Source: Haliotis rufescens (Eukaryota). From it: DNA of 64,000 bases. Of the stretch, positions 1 to 14,166 are shown in pieces. Under the pieces are notes generated by a model. The model was not told where the DNA came from and ran no database searches. It worked only from the letters and a program-made list of their open reading frames with translations. Where the stretch lies: contig NW_025964001.1 of NCBI RefSeq assembly GCF_023055435.1, positions 66,712,001 through 66,776,000 on the forward strand, given 5' to 3'. The position numbers and the translations under genes were made by a program. Positions within the stretch are counted from its first letter, which is position 1; each line of letters starts with the position of its first letter.

Positions 1-59
1 ACGGGAAGGACACCCAACAATCATGAATGAATTACCCAGATAAACATAATAATAAAGTA

Positions 60-235
60 CAGTAAACTACGGTTATAACGAACTCAAAGGGACTACTACT
101 TTTAGTTCGTTATAACCGTAGCTCGTTATAAGCATATATGCAGGATAAGTACAGCAAATAGTCGGGACCAAAAAAGTAAGTTCGTTATATCCGTCAGTTC
201 GTTATAAGCGTGTTCGTTATAACCGTATTTTACTG
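60..235 (+). mobile_element. pogo/Tigger-type (Tc1/mariner superfamily) MITE, copy 1
   Basis: TIRs CAGTAAACTACGGTTATAACGAAC / GTTCGTTATAACCGTATTTTACTG, TA on both sides; homologous copies elsewhere in window. Confidence 0.9.
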
Positions 236-772
236 TACTATCAATGAGGCTGACCTGGCAACACACGTCCACAGGAGAGAGGCTTGCCGTAAGCCCATAC
301 CCCAACAGAAGCCAGTTTTAAAGTCAGTGTGAGGGAGCTTACATTCCCCGCAGCGGTAAACTAATGGAAGCTGTCTCCTGTATAAAATTTGAACTTCAGT
401 GGGGAATTCATCATTTACGTATGGACATGTTTAGAATGGATGTTTAGCAAGACTAGCAACAAGATGAATATTTGACGAAGTGAACTATCTTCCCCCTCAA
501 TCATTCATGAATGTAAATGTGCCCGCGTTGCACAGTTGGACAAGTCACTCTGGGCGTGAGTGTTGCACGACTGCTAGGTAGAAAGACGTACATGTGAGCA
601 GTGTGTTCTGGCAACTGTCGGGTTGGATGTGAACAGTATCTACCCTACCCTAGTGTTGGTAAGTTGAGAAATTGTAGTCTAGTTATCACCTTGCAGAGAT
701 TGTCGCTTTCTTTGTATTTTAACTCTTGGGACAGACATACGAATATGTCTAGTCGGACCGTATGGTCGCTAG

Positions 773-901
773 TGTTGTTTGTTTGTTTTTTAACGCCGCA
801 CAGAGCAATATGTCGAAAGGGTACAGGTTGATTATAATATGACACAAAGTACACCGGGACCGAGTGGCCAATGTTCCCGGGTGCGATGACCCGTTCTGTC
901 A
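773..901 (-). mobile_element. Retroposon 3' end with family-B-type tail but unrelated body
   Basis: Minus strand ends ATATTGCTCTGTGCGGCGTTAAAAAACAAACAAAC; upstream body matches none of SINE A-D. Confidence 0.5.
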
Positions 902-982
902 CTTACACATTGTCACTTACACATGTCGATGATCTGGCTCCTCTCCTTGACTAACCATGTCAGTCAGGTTTTGTAGATTTTA

Positions 983-1243
983 TTTGTTTGTTTGTTGTTT
1001 AACGCCGCACTCAGCAATATTTCAGCTAAATGACAGCGGTCTGTAAATAATCGAATCTGGACAAGACAATCCAGTGATTGACATCACGAGCATCGAATCA
1101 CGCAATTGGGATACGATGACGTGCATCAACCAAGTCAGGGAGTCTGACCACCCGATCCCGTTAGTCTCCTATTACGACATGTAGTCGCCTTTTAAGGCAA
1201 GCATGGGTTGCTGAAGACCTATTCTACCCCGGATCTTTACGGT
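983..1243 (-). mobile_element. SINE family B (no tRNA head), full length
   Basis: Reverse complement of CCGTGAAGATCCGGG...GCGGCGTTAAACAAC(AAAC)n consensus shared with 8879, 14526 and 17395 copies. Confidence 0.88.
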
Positions 1244-1685
1244 TCGTCTCTAGTGTAATCATGGGGACAGGCCATTTTTCGGGTTGAGACTTGGGGTGGG
1301 TGGGTGTGCGGGCGGGCGGGTGTTGGGGTAGGAGGTGATGTATGGTCTTTGGATTTTTGTTAGAAACAGAATATAAATATTCACTGCTTCAAGTCAGACA
1401 AGAAAATGAATGTAGCTGAAAAGACGAGACAGACGATTTCTTTTCACAGCACATTTTTAGAAAAAAAGAACTCACTCACTCACATCGCCACTCACTCACT
1501 CTATTTCCTCCCACGCCATTCATCAAAACACAATCTTTTGTTGTGACTATACCCAATATATTTGCTATTTTGCTATATTACACCGAATCCTCGCTTATCC
1601 GGACATACCGTTCGCTGACTCGTGGTTATGTGTTTTAATAGACATCCAAAAAAGCACGCATACGAAATAACGGGGGTTTCGCTTG

Positions 1686-1870
1686 TTTCAGGTGAACAAT
1701 TTACTTGCCTTTGCATGTGTTTGTGACGGGCGCCACCGGTGGTGCAGGATACGCTCACCTTTTCGCGAACTACTGGTTTCATCACTATTTGATAGTGATT
1801 CATAAACACATGCTCATGATTTAGTAGGACTCGTACTATCGACTCTGGAGATTATCTGTTGGATATATAA
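1686..1870 (+). repeat. Unclassified structured dispersed repeat (family P), copy 1
   Basis: CTTGCCTTTGCATGTGTTTG...CAGGATACGCTCACCTTTTCGCGAAC...GTGATTCATAAACACATGCTCATGAT; parts recur at 8803, 27690, 29190, 50277 and 51243. Confidence 0.8.
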
Positions 1871-3117
1871 AAAGGGTCTTTTCTTGATATTATTGTTGTA
1901 AACCAATACTTAACCAGCAGGCTGTCACTCGGCGATCCCCGAATCTCATATATAAGGAGCTTCATATCTCCATGGGATTAAAGCCTAATTTACTTTGCCG
2001 AGGAAGTGGTTTTACTAAGCTGCGTTATTTTCTTGAGAGGTTTATATCAATTAATCGAACACTTTGATCGATTTACCGTGGTAAGTATCTGTGTACCATA
2101 GAGAGTTATTACTGATAACCTATTTCACAGATGTCAATCAATATTTGTGGTGTAAACAAACAAGACAATTTTATGACCATGTTTAGCTGACAGATACAAT
2201 GTATGGCAAACGTGAAGGTACACGAGCATGTCAAAGTTCACGGTCCTTTCTGTGTTGGGAAAACTTGATGTGTGCATGTGTGACCCTAAAAAATAATAAT
2301 ATTGAAACAATCAGTTACAACCATGCATATCACGACTGACCTCAGATGATACCACCAATAAGAGCTTTAGATAATTATATGGTTGGAGATGCTTCTTATA
2401 TACATGTGCTAAAAATGTACTAAAGGACCGATTGGAGTCTAAATAATGTTTTTTTGCAACAATGTATTTTTAATGGAAAGCCATTTTGTTTTGTTTCAAC
2501 AGTCTGCAAAATAATTTTTTTAAAGAATCTTCTGCGACAACGTTGACTTAATAATGAATGTTTTATAACTTACACAAACATAAAACACTCTTTCTTAGAC
2601 TACAGATACTTAAGTTTTTAGACAATCAATATAAAAATGTCAGTGCAGCAAGTTTATAACTGCGCGTCATTGTCTCTCAACTACTCCCAGCGGAATGCGA
2701 ACCAAACATCCTTTGTTCGTAGTTAGTGCAGCTTTCTATGCAACTTTGTGGCAGCTCAATAGTTTGCTTAGGTCGATATTTGTCCCCCATTATAAACGAC
2801 ATGCATTTGACGTTTCAGGATGAATTGGGTTTGAATTCCAACTTTCTGTATGTGTTGATACGGATGGAATGTTGCAATAGATTATCTTAATTATGAGTTT
2901 TATAAATTTTTATCACAGGCTACTATAAAATAGATCTTGTACATGCCATATAAATATTAACATGCTTAAACCCTTCCTTTAGATGTCAGTGTAAAAGCAT
3001 ATATTTAGTATGGTTTCTTAATACGCCAACCGTATTTCGTAAGACGTGGGGAGTTCTATGAGACGATATGAGAAATTGTTAATATTTGTATTATTTGGGG
3101 GCACGGGTGGCCCAGTC

Positions 3118-3406
3118 TACCCTGTGTATCAGTGAGGTAGATGTGTGTATTACATTCCCTGCATTGTTCAGTGAGTTGGCTTCTGGCGTTCATAGGTTCA
3201 AGTTGTAAATTAATATCTCTCTCTAAGTGACAGAAAAAAATGAACTAGAACAGTATAGTGAAGAATAGATTAGAAGTAGTTGAGAGTTATCCACTGACAT
3301 TGTAAACATACGCTAATTAAACAGCAACTTCACATTAAGTTTCAAATTAATTTCATTTTATCTTATTACAATTTTCATTGCTCATTACCTTATTAGGGGA
3401 TTTCGA
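3118..3406. repeat. ~290 bp duplicated segment X (second copy 14167-14442)
   Basis: Colinear match including identical GAGAGTTATCCACTGACATTGTAAACATACGCTAATTAAACAGCAACTTCAC; preceded by a 21-nt SINE A head fragment (3097-3117). Confidence 0.85.
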
Positions 3407-3672
3407 GGGCACGGGTGACCCAGTCGTCTAAGGCGCCGCGATTCGCTTTGCAGAGTTGCGTCCCTTGGGCACGCCAGAAACCTATGATTGTGGGTTCGAA
3501 TCCTGGTTCGCCCCGATTATGTTTCTAGGTTTGTCAGCTGCATACCCGAGCTTGGGTTTTACCAATGTGGTAAACGTCTGAGATCGGCATCACTTTCCTC
3601 CCACAGCAAGCTGACACGCCGTGATATAACTGGAATACTGTTAAAAGCGGCGTTAAACCCAACTCACTTACT
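3407..3672 (+). mobile_element. SINE family A (tRNA-Leu-like head)
   Basis: A-box TGACCCAGTCG, B-box GGTTCGAATCC, tail GCGGCGTTAAACCCAACTCAC; multiple copies. Confidence 0.9.
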
Positions 3673-4330
3673 ATTTGTATGTTTATGTTGAAGATATTTT
3701 GAACAGTAAAACTCAATCTAAATCCAAACACATGCATGCACCTGTAAACCTAAGCAAATAGCAACTCTGTTTTCTTCGGAAATGTACTAGGCTCAACAGT
3801 TTCTTGAGAGTCATGCACAATACTTTCACGGAGGTGAAGCAGTTCTTCCATGGTGTAACTATTTACGAGTAAACAAGCGCTTGTCGCCGTCCGTCGTGCC
3901 ATGAGAATGTTACATAACTCTGTGTGTGCTGTTTATAGAGGGGATAAGTTTTAAGTACCGTGTTTAACTTTCTTATTGTAATTACACTTTATAGTGTATG
4001 TTAGTGTTGCATGAAGTAACCGTTGTCATTGGAACCCGTCATAAAGGTCTGACTTATGTCGCATATAGTATGAACTAACAGAGAATGTTTTCAGAAGGAC
4101 TAACACTCTACAAGCGTGTTATTGTACGTCCAATGTTGTAGTACATCCTGCCATTTGGATCAGTGTCGGGTCTGTGTTGTGTCAGTTTTGGGTCATTGTT
4201 GGGTCAGTGTTGGGTCAGTGTTGGGTCAGTGTTGGGCAGTATAATGAGTATTCAAGCTACATATCAACTTACAACCAATAGCTATTGGCGCCCACAATAG
4301 AAAACAGGGTGCTCTTACAAAAGAAAATAA

Positions 4331-4584
4331 TGAGCGAGGTGTGTTTAACGCCGCTTTTAACAGTATTCCAGTTATATCGCGGCGTGTCAGCTTAATATGG
4401 GAGGAAAGCCAGAAATGATGCAGGTCTCAGACGTTTACCACTTCGGTGAAACCCACGAGCACAGGTATGGTGCTGACAAACCTAGAAACATAATCGGGGC
4501 GAACCGGGATTCGAACCCACAATCATAGGTTTCTGGCGTGCCCAAGGGACGCAACTCTGCACAGCGAATTGCGGCGCCTTAGAC
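4331..4584 (-). mobile_element. SINE family A, 5'-truncated
   Basis: Reverse-complement match to family A. Confidence 0.9.
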
Positions 4585-4768
4585 TGCAGAGCAAAAGAAA
4601 GTATACACGTATGTTTGAAGGTGGCTAAAATTGAAACAAACAAGAAAAGGTTATTCGATAGTAATGGATTTGACACGGGTATCTTACATGTGTTTTGGAC
4701 CTTAATTTTTTGTGTGTTTCGGCGACTGTTTTGTTTCAGCCTATTTACCTTGATAATATAACGTTTGA

Positions 4769-5045
4769 GTGAGTGAGTTGGGTTTAACACCGCTTTTAAC
4801 AGTATTCCAGTTATATCGCGGCGTGTCAGCTTAATGTTGGAGGAAAGCCCGATGTGATGCAGGTCTCAGACGTTAACCGCTTCGGTGAAACCCACGAGCA
4901 CGGGTATGGTGCTGACAAACCTAGAAACATAATCGGGGTGAACCGGGATTCGAACCCACAATCATAGGTTTCTGGCGTGCCCAAGGGACGCAACTCTGCA
5001 CAGCGTATCGCGACGCCTTAGACGACTTGGCCACCCGTGCCCCCC
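4769..5045 (-). mobile_element. SINE family A, full length
   Basis: 13-bp TSD ATATAACGTTTGA (4756-4768 / 5046-5058). Confidence 0.93.
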
Positions 5046-6491
5046 ATATAACGTTTGAATTTCTTTTGGTCAAATCCAATTCTCAAGCGTATACTTTTTT
5101 CGCCCGGCACTCTAGTATAGGTTTTATTATACTATTCACTATGTTACAATTTAATTTTGGTTGAAAGCGACATTAAACATAAGGTCACACACTCATATGA
5201 ATTTATATTATATTTTTATATATTTATATTATATATTTATATATTATCCCCTGTTCTGGTAAAATACCCCTCTCTCTCGAGGACGTTGAACATTACACCA
5301 AATTCATACCTCTGTAAGATTGGTAGCGTGGGAATTCCTAGCGTGTGCTGTCGTCATACGTATGGAATGTTTCGTAAATGCGACGTAAAATATCATTATC
5401 TTACTTATTTTCTCCGTTCCATATCTATTCATGGAATTTAGCATGGGCTCTACAAACGATCGGTTCATTTACAGAACAAACAGATCTTTCAGATCGTCAG
5501 ATCAGATCTTTCAGCTGAATGTGTAACTTTATAAATTTGGACTTACGGTCGAATTTGCTTCCCCGGACAATTTGAAATCCGTTCCACATTTTGGACACTT
5601 GCAAACAGCCCAGCACGGCTTGAAAGGAGGCTTTTTAACTTATGCAATGTATTTTATGTTTGGTTTTGTAAACAGCATTGCATGAAACCCGTTACGGAAT
5701 AATGGACATTCTACCAGTACTCAAACCTCATGACTATGAATATGAAACAACCCTCCTCTGACAATACCACTGCGCTAAATTGCCATGCTCTACTTTGGAA
5801 GACAATGTCCCTAACACGGGAAACTGGGTTACTTCATTGACGTTGCCGGCAATGACGCCGAGGGCTATAGAGAACCGACGTTATATAATAATAGAACTAT
5901 TTTCAAAGGAATATGAACGACGCATTACTTCGCCAATAAAACCTAATCGCAGCGCCATTAGCGTGAAAACCATTTTGACATGTCAAGACGATGTGCAAAG
6001 ACTCAGCATGTATGATTGAGCTGTGTGCACTGAACGAGAGCGAGGCTATGTGGGAGACGTGAAACCCAGGTCACCTTGACCTTCCTTGACTCAGCTACCA
6101 CATGGCTATAATGGCTACAAGAGACTGATATACATAATGCTGAATTATATATTATATTTTGTCTTACACACAAAATAATATATAGATTTGAGCTTCATAT
6201 CAGTCATTTCAAGACCTACTATGCATACTCAATGAAAAAGAAAAAAACCTTTACTTTTTAAGCCTGTGATTTATGGGCACTTCATCTTAACGACGCCACT
6301 TTTGTTGATTGTTTAGTTGGCGTGCAAAGTCTGTGGGAATTCCGGCCAGAAAAGATCCCCAGTAATTCATGTTCATGTGTGTCAGGGCCGCGCACAATGA
6401 GGATTGTATGGCTACAATGTACCGGGGATGCGCGTATTTAAACCCAGGGCTCAATATCACATTTCAGGACGAACATTTCATCCAAAATTAA

Positions 6492-6648
6492 GGGGGCGGC
6501 CGGGTGGTTAAAGCGTTCGCTCGTCACGCCGAAGACCCGGGTGCGATTCCCGACATGGATACAATGTGTGAAGTCCATTTTTGGTGTTCCCCGCCATGAT
6601 ATTGCTAGAATGTTGCTAAAAGCGGCGTAAAACCATACTCACTCACTC
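6492..6648 (+). mobile_element. SINE family C (tRNA-Asp-derived)
   Basis: CGCTCGTCACGCCGAAGACCCGGGTGCGATTCCCGAC resembles the tRNA-Asp(GTC) 3' half; (ACTC)n tail. Confidence 0.9.
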
Positions 6649-6769
6649 AATATTAAGACGTAGGCTTAATTGCAGAAAATATGCAAACACGACTATAGAC
6701 TTTATTTCATTCAACTTTAATAAATCATTTTCAAATTGTAAAACACTAATGCTCCACTTAAATACCATG

Positions 6770-7615
6770 CTATACCAAGTATACTAAACACTGTCCTATA
6801 CCCGGTATAATAAACACCCATATACCCGGTATAATAAACACTTTCATTTTCCAGGTATAATAAACACTGTCATATACCCGGTATAATAAACACTGTCATA
6901 TACCCGATGTAATAAACACCCATATACCCGGTATAATAAACTTTCATTTTCCAGGTATAATAAACACGGCCCTATACCCGTATAATAAACACTGTCATAT
7001 ACCCGGTGTAATAAACACTGTCATATACCCAGTATAATAAACACTGTCATATACCCGGTGTAATAAACACCCATATTCTGGTGTAATAAACACTGTCATA
7101 TACCCAGTATAATAAACACCCATATACCCGGTATAATAAACACTTTCATTTTCCAGGTACAATAAACACTGTCCTATACCCGTATAATAAACACTGTCCT
7201 ATACCCGGTATAATAAAGACTGTCATATACCCGATGTAATAAACACTCATATACCCGGTATAATAAACTTTATTTTTCCAGGTATAATAAACACCTTTCC
7301 TATACCCGTATAATAAACACTGTCATATAACCGGTGTAATAAACACTGTCATATACCCAGTATAATAAACACTGTCATATACCCGGTGTAATAAACACCC
7401 ATATACCCGGTGTAATAAACACTATCATATACCCGGTATAATAAACACTGTAATATTCCCCGTGTAATAAACACTGTCATATACCCAGTATAATAAACAC
7501 TGTCCTATACCCGGTATAAAAAACAGTCCTATCCCCGGTATAATAAACACCCATTTACCCGGTATAATAAACACCCATATACCAGGTATAATAAACACTG
7601 TCCTATACCCGGTAT
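6770..7615. repeat. Minisatellite, 24-26 bp unit AAACACTGTCATATACCCGGTATAAT
   Basis: Direct tandem repetition with variants. Confidence 0.95.
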
Positions 7616-8544
7616 ATTGCTGATATGAGGAGAAGTCAAGAGCCACTCACTCATCATAAGAGATAAACTATATTTTATCACGAATGAACACGTGTTTGTC
7701 GCCAGGTACCCAGTGAACTTTCAGTCAATGATGACGTTCTAACCATAATATCATTAATGAAAGGAGCAGTAGCAGTAGTAGTGTTCCATCAACACGAATG
7801 TGAATATAAATGTACAATATGTAGTCTACATGATGAATTTATATACTCTTTAAAAAAAGTAGGGGATCATGTCAATACCAAGTATTTGAACAATGAACAA
7901 GTGTAGCGCAGTGTTATCCTTCTAATCGGAGTAAAAACGATGTTATGGTAGTGATTTTTCCAGAGTACACGATAGAATGACGATATAATACACATTGGAT
8001 TATTGAGGATGTAACGGCTGAGACTTTAACACCATCTAATTGCGTTGTTTGTTTATGAAAGGCTCTAACGGTACACCGTATCACGTGCGTGCATTATTCA
8101 TTGGAGATCTACTCCATCATATAAGTTAGCAGGATTTTCAATGTGCAGCTGACTTCCACGTGTGATGTATTGACGACTGTGTAAGGCGAGGAACATGTCC
8201 CGCAAGATCGTCAAGACAACCTTGGCCTTGTCAATTACAACTGACTTCAAAGGCTTCATTAAAAATATCGCTTACATCGCGAACCACTTTGCATTGGTAA
8301 GTTTTATCACACATATCTACTACCGGCCTTCACCTTTACAAACTGCATGTATGTAGGTCAAAATATATCACTAGCTGTGTAAGCATTAGCAATTAAAATG
8401 ATCAGAATTGACTGGATAAACGAGGTTTCTTTATTCCTTTAATTTCTTACTCGAAATTGTCCGGATAAACGAAAACAAATATTGGAGAAAGAAAAAGTAC
8501 GAAACTGAAGGTTTTTACAGGGACCTATCATGTGACCGAGTGAA

Positions 8545-8735
8545 TGTTGTTTAACGCCGTTTGAATCAAGCCTGAACAAGATAAACCAGTGGTCGATATC
8601 ATGAGAACCGTCCCAATCCGTCGGGTAATTAATGACCGATAAACCATTTTAGTCACCTATTACGACAAGCATATGCGACTCGTGAAGATCCGGGGTAGAA
8701 TAGGTCTTCAGCGGTATGGACCCCGGATCTTCACG
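8545..8735 (-). mobile_element. Degenerate SINE family B with fold-back of its 5' end
   Basis: TGTTGTTTAACGCCG tail; CGTGAAGATCCGGGGT...ACCCCGGATCTTCACG inverted repeat. Confidence 0.7.
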
Positions 8736-8878
8736 TGCCAATCGTAACTGGACAAAGTGCTTTGCAGCGACACAAAACTATATATGAATTGGGTAGGGTA
8801 GGACAGGACATGCTTACCCTTTTCGCGAACACCTGGTGTCATCACTGATTATCCAGTATCCATTTATATAATTTCCAT

Positions 8879-9128
8879 CCGTGAAGATCCGGTTAGAATA
8901 GGTCTTCAGCAACCCATGCTTGCCGAAAAAGGCGACTATGCTTGTCGTAAGACACGACTAACGGGATCGGGTGGTCATGTCATCGTATCCGGTGCGTGGA
9001 TCAACACTCATAATATCAATCACTGGATTTTCTGGTCCAGACTCGATTATTTACAGACCGCCGTCATATAGCTGGAATATTGCTGAGTGCGGCGTTAAAC
9101 AAACAAACAAACAAACAAACAAACAAAC
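8879..9128 (+). mobile_element. SINE family B
   Basis: Consensus match with an internal deletion; (AAAC)n tail. Confidence 0.9.
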
Positions 9129-9558
9129 GCCCACTGGCATCTATAAGAGACACTTATTATTTGATGTTGACATTATATGTAAAGAGAGTATCATGAAGAT
9201 ATCGTCTTAACAAGTACAACAAGGACTGTGCCTATGTAAGACGACACGCACGCGGCCTGTCATGCGCATATCGATCACCCGTGCGTCAGTTCATTACAGG
9301 ATGCTGTTCCTGACGACGTAAGCACAACACACGATATGCATGAAATGTGCTTCATGTCGACGGTCGCATGTTACGACAACACTGATGAAATGTTAATATC
9401 AACCAAATGCCATCAATCGATCACTGTTCTTAAGACAGAAATAGACACGTTTGGTCTTACAGAGAGAATATAACAGTCATGTCATGTCGATAAAGGAAGG
9501 ATTGTTCTTCAATACAACTCACACAGGTACGCCATGCAACTCATAGATATACAACGGA

Positions 9559-12340
9559 TATGTCATGCAACATGTCACTTATATATTATACAACATGTCA
9601 CTTATATGTCATACAACATGTCACCTATATGTCATACAGCATGCCACTTATATGTCATACAATATGTCACTTATATGTCATACAACATGTCACTTATATA
9701 TCATACAACATGTCACCTATATGTCATACAATGTCACTTATATGTCATACAACATGTCACTTATATATCATACAACATGTCACTTATATGTCATACAACA
9801 TGTCACCTATATCATACAACAGGTCGCTTATATATCATACAATATGCCACTTATATGTCATACAACATGTCACTTATATGTCATACAACATGTCACTTAT
9901 ATATCATACAACATGTCACGTATATGTCACCTATATGTCATACAACATGTCACTTATATGTCATACAACATGTCATCTATATCATACAACAGGTCACTTG
10001 TATATCATACAATATGTCACTTATATGTCATACAACATGTCACTTATATGTCATACAACATGTCACTTATATATCATACAACATGTCATCTATATGTCAT
10101 ACAATATGTCACTTATATGTCATACAACATGTCACTTATATATCATACAGCATGTCACGTATATGTCATACAATATGTCACCTATATGTCATACAACATG
10201 TCACTTATATGTCATACAACATGTCATCTATATCATACAACAGGTCACTTATATATCATACAATAGGTCACTTATATGTCATACAACATGTCACTTATAT
10301 ATTATACAACATGTCACTTATATATCATACAACATGTCACTTATATGTCATGCAACATGTCACTTATATAGCATACAACATGTCACTTATATGTCATACA
10401 ACATGTCACTTATATGTCATGCAACATAACACTTATATATCATACAACATGTCACTTATATGTCATGCAGCATGTCACTTATATGTCATGCAACATGTCA
10501 CCTATATGTCATACAAGATGTCACTTATATATCATACAACATGTCACTTATATATTATACAACATGTCACTTATATGTCATACAACATGTCACTTATATG
10601 TCATGCAACATGTCACCTATATGTCATACACCATGTCACTTATATGTCATGCACCATGTCACTTATATGTCATACAACATGTCACTTATATGTCATGCAC
10701 CATGTCACTTATATGTCATACAACATGTCACCTATATGTCATACAGCATGCCACTTATATGTCATACAATATGTCACTTATATGTCATACAGCATGCCAC
10801 TTATATATCATACAATATGTCACCTATATGTCATACAACATGCCACTTATATATCATACAATATGTCACTTATATGTCATACAGCATGCCACTTATATGT
10901 CATACAATATGTCACCTATATGCCATACAGCATGCCACTTATATATCATACAGCATGCCACTTATATTTCATACAATATGTCACTTATATGTCATACAAC
11001 ATGTCACTTATATATCATACAACATGTCACCTATATGTCATACAATGTCACTTATATGTCATACAACATGTCACTTATATATCATACAACATGTCACTTA
11101 TATGTCATACAACATGTCACCTATATCATACAACAGGTCGGTTATATATCATACAATATGTCACTTATATGTCATACAACATGTCACTTATATGTCATAC
11201 AACATGTCACTTATATATCATACAACATGTCACGTATATGTCATACAATATGTCACCTATATGTCATACAACATGTCACTTATATGTCATACAACATGTC
11301 ATCTATATCATACAACAGGTCACTTATATATCATACAATATGTCACTTATATGTCATACAACATGTCACTTATATGTCATACAACATGTCACTTATATGT
11401 CATACAACATGTCACTTATATATCATACAACATGTCACGTATATGTCATACAATATGTCACCTTTATGTCATACAACATGTCACTTATATGTCATACAAC
11501 ATGTCACTTATATATTATACAACATGTCACTTATATATCATACAACATGTCACTTATATGTCATGCAACATGTCACTTATATATCATACAACATGTCACT
11601 TATATGTCATACAACATGTCACTTATATGTCATGCAACATGTCACTTATATATCATACAACATGTCACTTATATGTCATGCAGCATGTCACTTATATGTC
11701 ATGCAACATGTCACTTATATATTATACAACATGTCACTTATATGTCATACAACATGTCACTTATATGTCATGCAACATGTCACTTATATGTCATACAACA
11801 TGTCACTTATATGTCATGCACCATGTCACTTATATGTCATACAACATGTCACTTATATGTCATACAACATGTCACTTTTATATCATACAACATGTCACTT
11901 ATATGTCATACAACATGTCACTTATATATTATACAACATGTCACTTTTATATCATACAACATGTCACCTATATGTCATACAACATGTCACTTATATATCA
12001 TACAACATGTCACTTATATACCATACACGTTACGTATATGTCATACAATATCTCACTTACGTATCATACAACATGTCACGTATATTTCATACATGTCACT
12101 TATATATCATACATGTCACGTATGTCATTCATGTGACTTATATATCATACATGTCACTTATATATCATACAACACGTCACTTATATATCATACATGTCAC
12201 CCATGCATAATAATTCATGTTATACAGCTGATATGTCATACAACCATTGTCATACAACTATGCCAAATAACCGTCATACAGGTAATATGTCATAGACATT
12301 ATGTCATACAGCCATGTCATACAACATATCATGCAACTCT
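9559..12340. repeat. Satellite/minisatellite, 23 bp unit TCATACAACATGTCACTTATATG
   Basis: Direct tandem repetition; 23-aa periodicity in all three + frames. Confidence 0.97.
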
Positions 12341-13887
12341 TGTCATGCAAACAAACTCCAGGTGGTGCGTTTATATGCGTGCGTACGTGCGTGCGTGCGT
12401 GCTTGCGTTATAAATGCATCCGTTGTCGTGAATATTCTTCAGAAGGATCGCCATCACATATACACTGTATCGGTAAAGTTTTAAGTGGTACTCGTACACA
12501 AACTGTAGGATAACGATGCGTCAATCATTACTGAAGTGTCGAATGCTACGTTGTCCAAAGGTAAATTGGGATTAAGAACATGTTTATTTTTAAACTTAAA
12601 ACTTAAAGATTTATATAAGATAAAAGTTGCCATCCGTGGTCTCGTTTATCACCTGTCCGTGCTCCACGTTAGTTCCTGTCATTTATTCGAAGAAATAAGA
12701 CTGTTTGACCCCGATCTGGAACAATTTCCGCTTGACAGTGACGACATGAAACCAGTTCATACCAGCCACTCTTCTACTGTTATGAAATATTAAAATGCAT
12801 AGTTCTGTTTGCCTCGAACTGTAGTCATAATCCAGTACAATGATCTACTGACCCTGGTAGGCATGGCGCAAGCTCTAGTCTCGTGGAATCTCGGTGTCAT
12901 CACTCATACCGTGCTGAACGAGAAGGGGGAGGTGTCATTGTCAAGGAATGTAAACAAGTGATTACAGAATGCTCCCCGGCCAATGCTCCGCGCAGCGACC
13001 GACGCTGTGACAAGTATTGTAACGGTTGTGTTACATCACACTCTGTGCATTGATCTGACTGAGAAACGCTTCTGAGCTTCAAGTGGGTTTAACTTTCCAT
13101 GGACACCTTAGATACCATCTTGCCACCATTAAACCAACACACCGACGCATATTGATCGACGTTTAAAAAGCCCTTTGTAGCGAGCTCAGAATGTAAGTAC
13201 GGAACATTCTTCTTTTTGGTAGAAAGTGTTAACCTGAGATTCTATATAAGCCTATATGGACGCCATAATTGAGATTTATCTGAACTTTCAATATACCAGG
13301 TTTGAAGAAAATATTGTGTATTTAATGATACATTATTCTCCAATGTCGAGACGATTCCAGTGATATTAAGTTGGATTTTAATTAAAGACGAACAGTGTAC
13401 ACAAGTATGGATTCTGTTTTTAGACTTTTTTTAGAGAGATTTTTTATTAAGTAAGGGGTTTTATGGCTTTTATTACATTCTTGCCTACCAGGCACTATAA
13501 TTAGTGTAATGTTTGTAACTCACGCTGTCACTGTGGAATGAGGTTAATAATAAAACGGTTAGATTGATATCATTTAAATATGGTCAGAAATTCGTTGTGA
13601 ATAACTTAAAACATTCGGTGCGGCAGATTCTTGCGTTAAGGAATTACAAAGCATATATTGTCAAGTAGCAGTAGAAGCTGTTAAATCCTGACCGGAATTT
13701 CATTTAAAACAAAACGTGTACTACAGAACGCCAATTACCTTTATCAAGGCAGGTCAATGGGGTAATGTTGTTTATTGCCCATGTAGTAAAGGCTGTGGAC
13801 TTGGGAAGTAGACTCCACTGATGCATCATAGTGTTTATCTGTTTGTACATATTCAGGTCTGTGAACGTTTATATGTTGAACCTTGTA

Positions 13888-14166
13888 GTGAGTGAGAGAG
13901 TTTGGATTAACGCCGCTTTTAACAGCATTCCAGTCATATCGCGGCGTGTCAGCTTAATGTGGGAGGAAAGCCCGAAGTGATGCAGGTATCAGACGTTTAC
14001 CACTTTGGTGAAACCCACGAGCACGGGTATGGTGCTGACAAACCTAGAAACATAATCAGGGCGAACCGGGATTTGAACCCACAATCATAGGTTTCTGGTG
14101 TGCCCAAGGGACGCAACTCTGCATAGTGAATCGCGGCGCCTTAGACGACTGGGCCACCAGTGTCCC
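13888..14166 (-). mobile_element. SINE family A, full length
   Basis: 11-bp TSD TGAACCTTGTA (13877-13887 / 14167-14177). Confidence 0.93.

Noticed and set aside
6200-6290. Kolobok-like terminus (TATGGGCACTT)
   Set aside because: No matching second end or TTAA TSD found
9534-12413. 959-aa and overlapping ORFs
   Set aside because: 23-bp satellite largely lacking stops on one strand; the same peptide cycles through all three frames
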